This document shows, piece after piece, positions 1 through 12,779 of a DNA stretch of 64,000 nucleotides; position 1 is the stretch's first letter; the number at the start of each line of letters is the position of its first letter. The stretch is from Camelus dromedarius (lineage: Eukaryota). The translations under genes and the position numbers were made by a program. The stretch covers positions 6,076,001 through 6,140,000 of the forward strand of contig NC_087446.1 in NCBI RefSeq assembly GCF_036321535.1. The letters are read 5' to 3'. Under the pieces are notes generated by a model. The model worked only from the letters and a program-made list of their open reading frames with translations, did not search any database and had not been told where the DNA came from.

Positions 1-75
1 CCGGTGGCAGCAGCGGGAGGCGGTTCGCGCGCGTGTCATGCGTTGGTTGGTATGTTGGGCTGGTTCGGTGCGGTT
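1..75. promoter_or_regulatory. Edge of CpG-rich region, probably the promoter island of the short SEPTIN3 isoform
   Basis: Dense CpG (gcggttcgcgcgcg) at the window start; promoter role inferred from position downstream of the long exon. Confidence 0.4.
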
Positions 76-1961
76 CTGCCCAGATGCGGGTGCCTGCAGA
101 ACCCTGATTCAAGAGCCTGGGTTCCAGGCCTGGCTCTGGAATGATGAGCCCTATGACCTTGAGCTGGTCAGGAACTTTCCTGAGCCTCAGTTTACCCATC
201 AGAAAAACATTAATAGATAGCATATTGACAGGCCTTGCGGGGACAAGAATGAGGGTCATCGTCCCTGTTCTCAAAGAGCTCTGAGTCTGGTGGGGTAAGA
301 CAGAAATCTGGACTGTCCTGATGCCGGGGATGGGGTATGCACAGGATACTGTGGGTGCGGGGAGGTGGGCACCCTGGGGATGAGGGATTTTGGAGGATTT
401 CTTGGAGAGGATGAGGGCCAAGATGGAAAGGCAAATGGAGGTGGGAGGGAGGAAGGAAAGGCATTCTATGGTGAGGAGGCAGTGGAGCTGAGGAGACCCA
501 GAGGTAAGAGCTGCATACTTGCTGGGGACAAGCTCCTGGGTGCAACAAAGCAGGGAAAATTCCAGACAGGGATATAGAGCTAAGAGGCTGGAAAAGCCCA
601 AAGCTTTGGAAGCCAGGCTAAGGATCTGACTTTAAAGGAAGATAACGGTGAGTCACCAACAGCTGTTAAACAGAAAGTGCTGCGGTGGACTACGTGAGTC
701 TCTGTGGCAGCTGTGGGGACAAGAGGGGGGCCTCCCAGGTCAGAGTAATGGAGAAGAGGGGACAGGCAGCCAAGTTTTGAGGAGGTTGGTCAACAGAGTT
801 GGAATCAGACTGAATGGGGTGAAGGAGAGAGGCAGATGAGGAAGAGGAAGATAGCCAGGTTTCTAGTATGGCAGTGACTGCAGCTGAGGAAGTGAGATCA
901 GGAAGGGCAGGAGTCAGGAAGAAAAGGGCTGCCTCTGGACATGCCCGGGAGCTGTGTGGTAGAGGGGTGCAGCAGGCCACTGGCTGCCCACATCTGCATT
1001 TCAGGAGAGAGGGCTGGGCTGACGATGCAAAGAGAGCTGAGGTTCCAGAGTGAGGAGCGAAGACCAGAGCCTGGGTGAGCTCCTCCAGACTGAGTGTGCA
1101 GAGTGCAGTGAGAAGGAGTCTTACAACCCCGAACCCCAATTAAGCCACTGGACTGGATGCTTTCCAAGCATCTGCCAGGCCTGGAATCTCTGAGCCTTTG
1201 AAATCTTGGGAATGAGACTGCCCAAAGGAAAATTCCATGATCTGGGTTCCCATTAGTTTCCTGTCACCAACCAGCTGTGTGACTTTAGGCACGTCACAGC
1301 CCCTCTAAGACCAAATGAACTTCTAGCTCTCGTGTTGACCTATTCATAGTTCCATGTAGGATAACTTCCATACATACAAGTCTCCAACTCACCTTCCAGG
1401 ACTTAAGGGCTGGGGGTAGGGGACCAAGAAAGAATTCCAGGTGAGGTACCTTTTAAGCAACAAGTATCTTCCTGAAAGGCTGAATGTGAATGATTTAGAA
1501 GGTCTCAGGTGAGATCACTCTTCACATCTAGAGGACCCAGGCAGTGTTGACTGGTAGATAAACCACCACTTATCGAAGTGCTTGTCTGTATTTTCATATA
1601 GGTGGTTTGCTTTTAAAGCTGGGTTCACCTATAGATCACCCGATTATTTCAGCTCTTGGAATCATGGAAGATGCTAATGGACTGACTCAGCATAATTGCT
1701 CTCCCACAAGTGACCTCCCTAAACTTTCCTTCTGATGGCTTCCCTCAACCTGATCTCTGACTAGTACATTGGGACCCAGCTCTGTGCATCCTCTGTGTTC
1801 TGCCCCTCAACCCTGCTCCCTTTTCCCCCAGCTCATTCAACTCTGACCTAAAGTCCCCCTTCCCTTTCTGGATCTACTCAAGCATAATCCAACTCCAGGC
1901 CCACACACCCCTGCCCTCCTCAGCAGTGCGGTGTATCCCCAGCCCAGCTCTTTGCACTTAC

Positions 1962-3258
1962 CTTTGGTTTCTCTGGCCAGGTCCAGAGTGGTGGGCTCTG
2001 TGCCCCCATCTGTGGCAGCATCAGCTGCAGCACGGTCCAGAGCTGGGTCTGCGCTTCTGTTTGGCCCTGATGGGTAGTTGGCAATGTCTGATGTAGTCAT
2101 GTTAATGACACTGTCCAGTGTAGTCTCCCCAGGGGCTGGGTCTGGGGTGACTGGCACAACTGAACCCATGGCTGTGCCCAGCCTGCTTGTGTCCAAAGCA
2201 AGAGAATCCGTAGTTATGTCCAGCTTGACTGCATTTTCTCTAGCCAGTGCCATGGCTGTGTCCGGCCTCGCTGTGCCCAGCTTGACTGGGTCTGGTGCTA
2301 CCCATTCCATGGCTGTGCACTCTGCAGTTGAATCTGGCTTGGCTGTGCCTGCTGTAGCCAAGTCCATGGCCGTGCCCAGTTTGGTATCCAGATCAGGGAG
2401 CTCGGTGCCTGTGTCCAGTTCGGATGTATTTGGTGTAGCCAAGTTGACAGCCAAGCCAGGTCTATTGGTGGCCATTGTGGCTGAATGTCTGACTGTGCCT
2501 GGCCTCATTGTGCCCAGAGTAGTCAAATCTATGGCCATTGCAGGCCCCACAATAGGGGTAGCCCTTTGGAGATGCAGCCGGGGTCTCGGAATACCCCTGG
2601 ATCGGGGCTTGCCTCTTCCTGGAGAAGCTCTGGTGGGCACATGGGCAGACATTGGGACAGGTTGCCTCTGACCCACTGAGCCTGGCCCTGCAGGACCTGG
2701 TGGATTATGAGCTAACCGGGATTGGAAAGGTAGGGTCAGGTATGAACCCACCAGGGGCTTCTCCACTATGGGCATCCTGCTAGGTTTGGCCAGACCTGGG
2801 TTACCTGGGCCTTCAGAGTGGACCCTGCCCCCTGGCGCTAGGGTCACAGATGGTAAGCCTGGAGCAGGCAGCCTCCCTCCTCCATGGGTGCCAGCCTCCC
2901 TGCCTGGGGTGGACAGTTCTTTCCAGCAAGAAGGTAGGGGGCCCAGGGGCCATGCCTGGCTGTGCTGGTGGAGTGTTAAGGAGATGGAGCTGAGCTTTCT
3001 GGGCACAGGGCTCTTGCCTGTCTCCTGTGGGGGCACACTCCGGGCCCTGACTCCAAGAACCGGTCGGCTGGAAGCCTGTGGGATGTGGCTTTGGGGAAAG
3101 GCATCCAAATGGATGGTCTTCCTGAGAACAGGGATGAGAGGCGATACCCCTCCAGGGAGCTTTGAGGGGCGGGCAGGGCGCCCCAGGAGGTGGCTGTGGG
3201 AGGAGGAGGTTCCGGGGCCTGGGGCTCCATGAGGCTGCATCTCAAAGTCGTTGTCCAT
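1962..3258 (-). CDS. SEPTIN3: Septin-3 long isoform, first coding exon (432 codons + 1 nt; disordered N-terminal extension). Remaining exons lie left of the window
   Basis: Open frame MDNDFEMQ...DLARETK from ATG 3258. Pyrimidine-rich acceptor ...tctgttgatCAG gives an exon start at 3277 (19 nt UTR). Donor AAAG|GTAAGT at 1962/1961 is phase 1, matching the K-G junction of SEPT3 (MSK|GLPETRTD as recalled). Synteny with SMIM45/CENPM agrees. Confidence 0.85.
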
Positions 3259-6190
3259 CCAGGTCTTCTGTTTTCCCCTGATCAACAGAGAAAAGGGGCC
3301 AAGCAAGGGTGAGGTGCTGGGTCCTGGAGGTGGCAGCCTTCCCCTCCTGACTAGCAGTTAGCCCCGCCTCTGAAGGGGCCTGGTTTGGGGGACTGCCACG
3401 TCCTCAGTGGAGGACACGTCCCTTCCTACAGCCCTCCTACGGCTCCTGCCTGCTCTGTGCTACACACCTCACACGCGTGGGCCTTCTCACACACACCCCT
3501 ACCTAGACACCAGGTGAATGCAGGAGAATGTTCCCAAATTGGGTGGCATCCAATGAGCAGGCTGCCCCCAGCAAGAGGAAACTCGGGGGTGGGGTTTACC
3601 TCTCCCTTTGCCTGGGCCTGAGTGTGGCCCCTCTCTCCATGGACAGCTCCATGGGGGTCATCTATACATGTTCAGGGACCCCAGTGGAGGGCAGTGGTTA
3701 TTGGAAGCCTGTCTGCCTCTTCCAGAAGGGGTCAGAGGTTCCCACCCACAGCAGCCAAAATAGGAGTTCAGGCATCCAGGTAGGAGGCCGGGAGACGACC
3801 AGTTTGGCTTCAGAAGGGGTCTGCACCTGGGCCTCCTGCAGGGAACCAAGAAAAAGCCCTGGGCTGGCCTGTTGTTGGAGCCAAAATCAGCACCGAAGTT
3901 AGAAGTGAAGAGAGCCCTAGACAAGGGGAGGTTTGGGAACTGGAGAAGGAACGAGCACTTGCAGGAGGAGATTTGTCTAGTGAGTGAGCCACAATCCCTG
4001 CCCTGGAGGAACCTGCCACCCCAGGGTGCCAGGCAGTGAGCAGGCAGAGCTACAAGGGAGGTGAGTCTTGTGAGGGAAGCATTAGCTCAGTCTTGGGGTT
4101 AAAGTAGGGAGGCTAGGCCTGGGGCTGGGGAAATTCACACAGAAGGCCCGAAGGTGAGGAAGTGGGGCATCTTTCTGAAAATCCACTGTGGGGCTCCCAG
4201 GCTATATCTGGGGGGAGAGGGGACACAAGGCTACAGGTGCGCTGGGGCCCAGGCCAGGCCACAGCAATGCTCAGGCCCTGGAAGATGACCTGGTCAGATC
4301 TGCAGGTGGCCACTCAGGGCAGTGTGACAGAGAGATCAGAGGGGAACAGAAGTGGAGGCAAGGGGGGCTACTAGGACGCTGTTGAAACACTCTGTGGGCT
4401 GGGGGTGAGGCTGGAGAAGGACACATAGACAGCAGAGGGAGCAGTAGGACAGCCTGGACATGGGGATTCAGTGTTGGGGGCAGGGGTGTCAAGGACTCTG
4501 GCTGGTGGTCTGTAGAGATGAGGCTTTCCCCGAGGGGGGCTCCAGAGCTCCCAGATGCCCAGGTGCACACTCTGGGCTCCGTATAATTCACCCTCTGGAA
4601 CAAAGTTGTTTCTGCTGCTTTCAACACAGCAAGCCGGGACATGATGCTTGGGGAGGCCAGGCCAGGGCTGGCAGCAGGGGCTCATTCTAGGTCCCTAAAG
4701 TCTGGAGCAAGGATAGGGAAGGTGGGACACTGGAGGGGTCTTCATCATCCCTCCCAGTGCCCCAGCCCCTCATCCCTCTCCAGTCATGCATTTGTACGCA
4801 AGGCTGCCCTGGCCTCCATCATGTCCCCGTTTGGCATATCCCTGCAACCCTGCTTTCAGGCTCTTACTCACAACCACACATACCTGGGCACTCGTGTGTT
4901 TACCCTGCACTCAACCACTAACATCCACCCTCAGTGTACGCACACACAGAGCAGGCCAGAGACAGAATTTCTGAGATCTGTCTGTTCTAACACCACCAGA
5001 TCCCCATCCCCTCACTGAGCCTCCAGCCCTATCAATCACTTGGTCCTGTCCTCCCCTCACCCACAAATACCCACCTACCTTTATCAGAGAACAAGAAACG
5101 TCTGCTGGTCCTCAGTCTGGGAAGCTGACTCTAGTGCAGGGCCCTCACCTCCTCTGCATCCAGATTCTGGCCATAGTGACCAGCTCAGGAGCTTCACCCC
5201 TCTGGTCCCCTCAGGGGCTTTCACTCAGTCTCCAGGCTACAGTCCCAGGCCAAGGGCCCAGCAGTCTCCTGACTTGTCGCACCAGCTACATCCACAGCTG
5301 TGCTGGGCTGTAGGGCAGGGAGGGGCTGGTTTCTCAGCAGTGGGCGTCAGTGAATGGCTGCTGTGAGCCTCTGGAATCCCAAAGGGCCATGGGAGGCTCA
5401 TGATGGCCAGGCTCAAGGCCACCTGGGAGGTGGTGCCCTGCTGCCTGCCCTCCTCACATCAGCTCTGTGTCCCACAGAGAGATGTCTGCAGTAAGAATAG
5501 GGATACTGCAAATATGGCCACACTGCAACGGTCCCAGAGCCAGCCTCACTTCTGCTCTTCCTCTGCATTGCCCCACACCCTGTTTTGTTCTGTGACCCTC
5601 AGACTGTTTTGCCCACCCGTGTAAGGTCTTTCCTCGAGCAAGCTGGGGTTCCTGCAGGCCAAGGCAGGGCTCTCCTGAGCCTGTGCTCACTCCACCTGGA
5701 CCCAGTACCAAGGCCCTGAGCATGCAAAGATGACCCTCCCCTGGGCTTGAGGGCACCCACAAGACCACCCAGCCTGGCTCTGGCATTGCGGGCCATCAGC
5801 AGACCCTAGCCCTTGGGCTGGGCTGGGCACCCTCCTCTGCCTCTATCATAGCAATAGTAATAATGAAGATGGTATTAATAATAGCTACCATTTAGTGAGC
5901 ACTTACTATGTGCCAGGCACTAGTTAGGGCTGGGAAGGAGCTCACAGTCTGCTCAGGAAGATGGGTATGTAAACAGATCCTTACAGTAACTATAACACAG
6001 CAGTGGTGGTAGACATCCTCCAGCCACTCACCCTGAGCCAGGAACTAGGCTAAGCATTCTCCTGGCATCTCCTGTAATCTTCACCTTGTCACTTGCTTTT
6101 TGCTGCTGAGGACATCACAGCCTACACAATGCTGTGTGGTCTGGTCTGTTTTTCTCTGTGTTGCTCTCCTGAGCGAGTAAGCTTCTGGAG

Positions 6191-6367
6191 CTGCACTGGC
6201 CAATAGAACCTTCTGTGATAATGGAAATGTTCTGTATCTGTGCTGTCCAATGTCATAGCCACTAGCCACTGGTGGCTACTAAGCACTGACATGTGGCTAC
6301 ATTGACCAAGGAACTGAATTTTAAATTTTATTTAATTTTAATTTGTGGCTATCTTATTGGACAGCAC
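6191..6367 (+). mobile_element. MER3-like hAT-Charlie DNA transposon relic
   Basis: ccaatagaaccttctgtgataatggaaatgttctgtatctgtgctgtccaat...gccactagccac...ttggacagcac matches the recalled MER3 consensus. Confidence 0.8.
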
Positions 6368-6565
6368 CGTTCTGAAGGGCCTGGATTTTCTTCTTCTCTG
6401 GGTCCCAGGGCCTGGCAAGAATTAGCCTCATGTGTTTCTGTAGAATGAATGAATGAAAGAAAAAAAAGCCTGAATGAATGGTAAATATGTGGGTCTAGGA
6501 CCTTCCCCTCTTCTTATGCATTCTCTCCCCTTCAGACTACAGATTTTCAAACTCGCAGTGCTCTG

Positions 6566-6579
6566 GTTACCAGGGCAAC
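6566..6579. promoter_or_regulatory. RFX X-box
   Basis: GTTACCAGGGCAAC versus consensus GTTNCCATGGNAAC (13/14). Confidence 0.55.
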
Positions 6580-7058
6580 CTGCTGGAAGTCCCTGTGGGT
6601 GGGGGAGGGGAGCTGCCTGGAGTTCTTGACTCCTTGCTTTGAGGCCTGAAGGAGGACCAGTCTGACTGGGGGAAGCACAGAGGTGGCTGAGGGTGGGATG
6701 GCACTGTTCTCCCTGGACAGATTGGGCGGGGGAGCCTTTACTGCCCACCCCTACTCCTTCATCTGTGAGATGCAGAAACTCTGAGCTGAAGTCAGAGGTC
6801 CTGGCTTCTCTCCTTACTTTGGCCAGTGATTCATTGTGCAACTTCTGTCAGGTCTCTTGCCCATTTGGGCCTCAGTTACCTTTTCAAATAGGGACTAGAT
6901 ACCTTCATGTGGTCCCTCGAAGGTCTAGAATTCCTCCATCCCACTCCCTGCCAAGCTGTTAGAGCCTTGAGAGGAAGGAATGAGAGGAGTCTCATTCATC
7001 TCCAGGTACCTGCTCCCGTTGTTGAGAGGCCTACCCAGTAATTACAGGCCTGGGTTCT

Positions 7059-7075
7059 GCTGCCCTCTAGTGGCC
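7059..7075 (-). promoter_or_regulatory. CTCF motif
   Basis: Minus strand GGCCACTAGAGGGCAGC is a close match to the CTCF core CCAC(C/T)AG(G/A)(G/T)GGC(A/G). Confidence 0.6.
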
Positions 7076-7313
7076 CAAAGTGGCAATGACCTCCTTGTGT
7101 CTGTACACATGGTTCTTTCCCACCAAAGACTGACAAGCCTGAGAGTGGCCTCAGAGGACAGACGGCCACCCAAGCAGAAAATCATTGTGGTGCCCCCTAG
7201 ACAGGTGGCACAGGCTCTAGAGTCTCAAACCTGGGTTTGTTACAGTTATGTGCTTTTGAACAAGTCACTTAATCTCTGTGAGCTCCAGTTTTTTCATCTG
7301 TGAAGTGGAAATA

Positions 7314-7690
7314 GTATCAGTCAGGATGGGTTAAATTATGTTGCAGTAACAATTCCAAAATCCCAGTGGTTTATCATAACAAAGGTTTATTTCTGATTCA
7401 TGCCTCATATCCACTGTGGTCTGGGTCCACTGAGGCTGTGTTCCATGTTATCTTCACTCTGGGGCCCAGGCTGATGGAGCAGCCACCTTCCGAGCCCTGT
7501 TGGTCACTGTGGCAGAAGGAGGGGGACAGTGGTGAATTGTACACTAGCTATTAAATGCTTTGGCCTGGACTCACTTCTGATCACAACTCATTAGCAAGAA
7601 CTGGTCACATGGCTCCAGCCACCACGAGGAAGCAGGGAGGTTAACCCCACCACGTGCAAGAACTGAAGAGCCAGAGATATCTGGTGAGCA
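7314..7690. mobile_element. MLT1-type (MaLR) LTR relic, abutting a MIR fragment at about 7205-7312
   Basis: gtatcagtcaggatgggttaaattatgttgcagtaacaa...aacaaaggtttatttctg is typical of MLT1; boundaries approximate. Confidence 0.6.
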
Positions 7691-9144
7691 GCACTGCTGG
7701 CCCACTTGCCTGGCTACAAGGATGCAGTGAGAAGTGCCGAGCACTGTCCATCATGCAGTGAACTCCATCCACGTTAGCCATTGAAATTACCATCTGGTAA
7801 TTCTGATTTCCTCCTTCCTTTGCCCTTGTGATGTCCTGTGACTTCCACATCATTTCCAGCTGTTTACAGCTGCAGATACAGAGAGGGAAATGGACTTGCC
7901 AAGATTCTCACAATGAACCAGTATCTGGACACCCACGTCTCCAGGCTCCAAATTCTGAGCTCCCCCGCCCCCTGCACCTGATGGGGTGGAGAAAGGGCTT
8001 TACTCTCCCAGGGTTCTCTGTAAGGGTGTTGACTGACAATGTGACAGTCTTCTGAGGGAGCCTATAGCATCTGCCCTCCTCCCAAAGCTGGTCTCTCAGA
8101 CTTCCCAAGCCATTTCGGCTCAGTCAGAGTGGAGAGCCGAGGGGGTGGAACAATGAGAAGGCTGTGCCACCCTCTGGGGCCAGAGTCCGAACATTGCAGC
8201 CGTTCCTACGCAGGGACCCTGCACATTCCTGCCCCCTGCCCTCCTGTTCTGGGCCCAGCCCAGACACACCCACCGTATGCTCACAGATCCCAGATGGTGG
8301 GAGAGGAAAGCCCCCAGGGCTCTTCAAAACCTCCCAAAGCATTTAAAAACCTGCCGAACAGTCTGAACCCCAGGAAGCCTCTGAGCCTCTCTAAAATCTT
8401 TATCTCTAAGCAGATGGGTAGCCCCTGGCAAGACTTCCAAAGAGACAGGCCCCATTCGTCCAACAAGCATGCTTTCATGGAGGCCCTGCATAGCGCCAGG
8501 CAGGCCATGGACTGAGATAAGAAGATGCCATTGCTGCTCTCCACAGACACATGAAAAAAATCACAACACAAGACTAGGGCTGTAATGGGAAAAGCTGCTG
8601 GTGAGGTCAGGGAAGGCTTCCTGGAGGAGATGGCAACTAGAATGTCATCAGATTCTCTCCCTGGATGTAAGCCTTACTTGAAACACAACTTCCTGGTTGT
8701 TCAGTCTCCTCTTCCACCACTTACTCACTATGGTTTTTGCTGCAACCACACGATACCACTAACAAGTCTCAGAAAGGACTGGATTCTCCCCAGCCTCCAT
8801 GGCTTTACACTGGCTGGCTCCTTCTTCTGTTTTACAGAGAAAACTCTTATTCAGACTTCAAAGCCCAGATCAGTAGTCATATCCTCCAGGAAGCCTTCCT
8901 TGATAAGCCCCTTCCCTGGGACCTCTTCAGTTCTATTTTCAGTTTCTCATACATGCTTCTCTTGCTACAATTACAATGTTGTAATTTGTCTGTTTACATA
9001 TCCATCTGCTCCTCCAGTTTGTGAGTTTTTTTCAACTCAGGGACTGTATCTTCTTTGTCGTTGCATTCTTGGTGCGAGACCTAGTGTGTGACATAGCTCC
9101 GTAGGGTTCAGAACAGCTGTAGGATGTGTAGAATTTATACAATA

Positions 9145-9650
9145 CTTTTTTTAAAATAGACTTTATTCTTTTAGAGCAGTTTCAGGTTCACAACAGAATT
9201 GAGCAGAAAATACAGAGTTTGCACATAGCCCTCCCCACCCACACATATATACTCCCCCACCCTCAACATCCCTCATCAGTGTGGCAATATCTGGTACAAT
9301 CAATGAACCAACGTGGGCACATTATTATCAACCAAAGTCCATAGTTTATATTAGGGTTCACTCCTGACGTTGTACATTCTATGGGTTTTGACAAATGCGT
9401 AATGACATGTAGCCACCACTATAGTGTCACACAGAATAAAAATCCCTTGTGCTCCATCTGTTCATTTCTCCCTCCCTCCCTTTCCCCAAACCCCTAGAAA
9501 CCACGATCTTTTTATTGTTTCTGTAGCTGTGCCTTTTCCAAAATGTCATTTGGTTGGAATCGTACAGTTTGTAGCCTTTTCAGACTGGCTTCTTTCAATT
9601 AGTAATATGTCTTTTAAGTTTCTTCCATGTCTTTCATGGCTTGAGTTTTT
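9145..9650 (-). mobile_element. Old L1M 3' end fragment
   Basis: tttttaaaatagactttatt...gagcagtttcaggttcaca...ccaaagtccatagtttatattagggttcactc is a typical L1MB/MC 3' UTR read antisense. Confidence 0.7.
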
Positions 9651-12600
9651 TTTTTTTTAACAGCACATACATTTTTAAATTTACATTTATGTACTTTATA
9701 CAGTACTTTCTTGCCAACTATCTCCTCTGACATTTGCCACAACCCAGCCAGACAGGTAGGGCAGGACAGTATAAAAACAACCAGCTCGCTACAAGTACCT
9801 GACATGAGCTGAACACCATGCCAGGTGCTGGCAGGGGACATTTATCTGGGCTTTAATCATCTGTGATTCTCAGTGCCTGGAACACAGAAATGCTTGGTGA
9901 ATTCACCTGGGTGTCAGAGCAGAAAACGTGCCCGAAGAAATGCAATTTAAATGAACAATTTCATAAGATTTATTATTGTCAAGCCCTGACCTGAAGTTGC
10001 TCCCAGTACAGTCCTCTGGTGTGCCCTGGCAGATGGAAAAATCTGCCTCCATTGGTCTGTTTCTCTAGGCTCTGCTATCTGGGTCAACCCTCCCCCTTGT
10101 AAAACATCCTGAGGTCACAGTCTATTGTGTTACTCTTAACATCCCATTTGAGACATTTCTTTTTAGTATTTAGAATCAGAAAATATCTTTCGTGAAGAGT
10201 TGATCTCTCCCTTCTATCACCTAACAGGGATAAAATGATCTCTTTGTATTTCCCCTTTCCCTCTGGCTGCCAGGAAGCTCAGAGACAAGTAATAGTATTA
10301 TAGCAGGAGTCAGAGTGGAATATTTCCTTTCCACCCCCCATGTATGTGGCTCCTTCAGCTGAAACTTTCTTGGGTCCTTTGTGGGAAGAGCAGGTATAAG
10401 TAAACATATATGTAATAAGCCCTGGGGAGATGACTGGGAAAGGATCCAGGTTTAAGGGCAAAAGGCTTGGGTAAATCCTTTACCCTCTCTGAGCCTCAGG
10501 TTCCTCCTTGGCGGCCTGGGCTGAGAGGCCGTGCTGCAGCTCTTGGACAGAGGCAGCTCTCTGTGAGGAAGGCTGGCCGCTGCCCAGGCCTCGGGGAGGG
10601 TCACAGCCAACATCCTCCCTGCCAAGGCTGTGACACTCATAACCTTGAATGCATTCACACTTGAGACCCAGAATAGCCAAAATTTTTAAAGAGGAGTCAG
10701 AAAAAGAGATTTCCATGTGAAATCTCCTGACTTGTAAATATTGCCAATTAATTTGCGCTTTTTTGAAACACTAGGTTGGACAAACGAAACTTGGCTGCAG
10801 GCCAGCTCTAGTCTGAAGCCTTCCCTGGCTCAGCCAGTTAAGCCTAATACATCTCCAGTAGAGACTGTCTGGTATGTTCAGGCTAGGGGTAGGGGAGAAG
10901 TTTACATCATCTCTTCTGAACCCTACCTTCCTTCCACAACATCCCAAGAGAACTGACAGAGGGAATCAGAGTCAGCTTCCGAGATGACCTGAGCCCAGGT
11001 CATGTTGACTGGTCCAGATGGACCCTGACCCAAGCTGGACTGTATATAGGACTCTGCCCTAGCTGTGGGTGAAGGATTTTAAATGGGCACCTGACCTAGG
11101 CTGAGCAATGAATCCCTTCCCGGAGATATTTGTGCTTGCAGCCAGAGAGAGCAACAGGTACCTCTCTCTCCAGTGGCTGGAGTGGTAAGACGTAAGACCT
11201 AAAACTCGCCAGCAGTTGGCGTTACATTTTCCATGATGGGAAAGGGGATGGCCAAAGAAGCAGGTGCACAGAAGCAGGAATAAAAAATGGTTTGAGAAAG
11301 AATCCTGGTTCTAGTTGTCCTGGGTCCCTGCTACTTTCCTGTCCTCCAGGGCCAAAACACCCAATGTCTTCATGGCAACTACCCCTTCTTACCCAGCTAA
11401 TCGAGTCAGGGTTTCTGTCCCTTGCAATCATGTGTCCTAACTCACATATGTGGCTTCTGCTTGGGCCCTTTCCAATTTTCTGATAAACGGGCAGCACTGA
11501 GCTCCTGGTCCTGGCCTCCCAGCTCTCTCCCTCTCACCTCACACCTCTACTTACTTAGGTTAGCACTGAAATCCAGAGCCTCAGAATGTAAGTTTATCCC
11601 CTCAGGGAAGGGAGCTCAGACTCTATGGGGGCTGGCACTGCCAGAGAGACTGAGGCAGTGAAGGACTGGCTACTCAGTGAGGTGCTGCTTCCCCCCGTTC
11701 TCGTGCAGGGTGCTCTGAAAGGCACTGAAATTGTCCCACCCTCCAATAGATCCTTAGAGACCCCCACTCATCTGCCCCCCTACCTCTCCCTCACCCTGCC
11801 TGCCCAGGCAGCCTGTACTCAGAGCCCCAGCTCACTCCTCTCCACACTGGTTTCCTCCTCTGTAAAACAGTGACCTCCATCGCTCTTGTTTTCAGCCCAG
11901 CATCCCTTCTCCGCCTTTAGGTAACAGCTGCTAACCACCCCCACCCCCTCAGACCACGTGATCAGTAGACCAGACTCCACCCCTGGACCCCTGGCTCCCA
12001 CAGCGGGTGCCAGAGCCGCCAGGCAGTCAGGGCACCCCATCCGCTGAGCTCATGAGCCCTGGGGGCCGGCGGGAGTCCACCCCCTGAGGTTTTGCTGGAA
12101 GAGAATGCAGGCTCTCTCCCGAAATCACGGCACTAGGGCTCTGTGAGCCTTTACACCGCGGGGAGAAAATCCACCTGAATGAAGCCCACAGGGCTGGGCA
12201 AGATAGAAGGAAAGATGGAGAGATGGTGTGTCCTGGTGACAGCCTTGAGTCCTCAGGTCCAGCCGAGCCTGAGTCCAGAACTGGACCCTTTTATTGCAGT
12301 TGTTTCCAGTTTGGACTCTCGTGCCTGCAGGAGTCCTGGGTGGTTGTGAGGGAAGCCACCTCGTGTGGGAGGGGTGTGGGGAAATCTCTGAGAGTTGCAA
12401 AATGGTCTGTTGGGTGAGAGGTCGGGGCTGTGAGACTCAGAAACAGGGTGGGGCCTAGTGTGAGGCAAAAGAGGTGCAGAGAATTGAAGGAGGGGCCCCG
12501 GTGTGACCCTGAGGGGCTCCTCCTGCCTCATCCTAACTGGGCTCTGCAACACAGCCCCATGCAACTCCCGGATGGGCCCCAGTGGGGAAGAGCAGCCCCA

Positions 12601-12779
12601 GCCCTCGAGGTGAGAGAAGGCAGCGTTTGCCCTGGCTAACTCCTCAGATGGGGCATGGAGATTGGGTCCTGCGGCCTCGGCAAATCCCTATGAAAATGGA
12701 AGGGCAGCTGCCTCCATGTTTCCACTTCAAGGAGGGGGACTTTTTAAATGGACACACAGCCTCCCAGCTCCTCCCTGCC

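Noticed and set aside
2078-2671. 197-aa + strand ORF with repeated MAVPS units
   Set aside because: Antisense shadow of the repetitive SEPTIN3 exon; no independent splice or promoter support.
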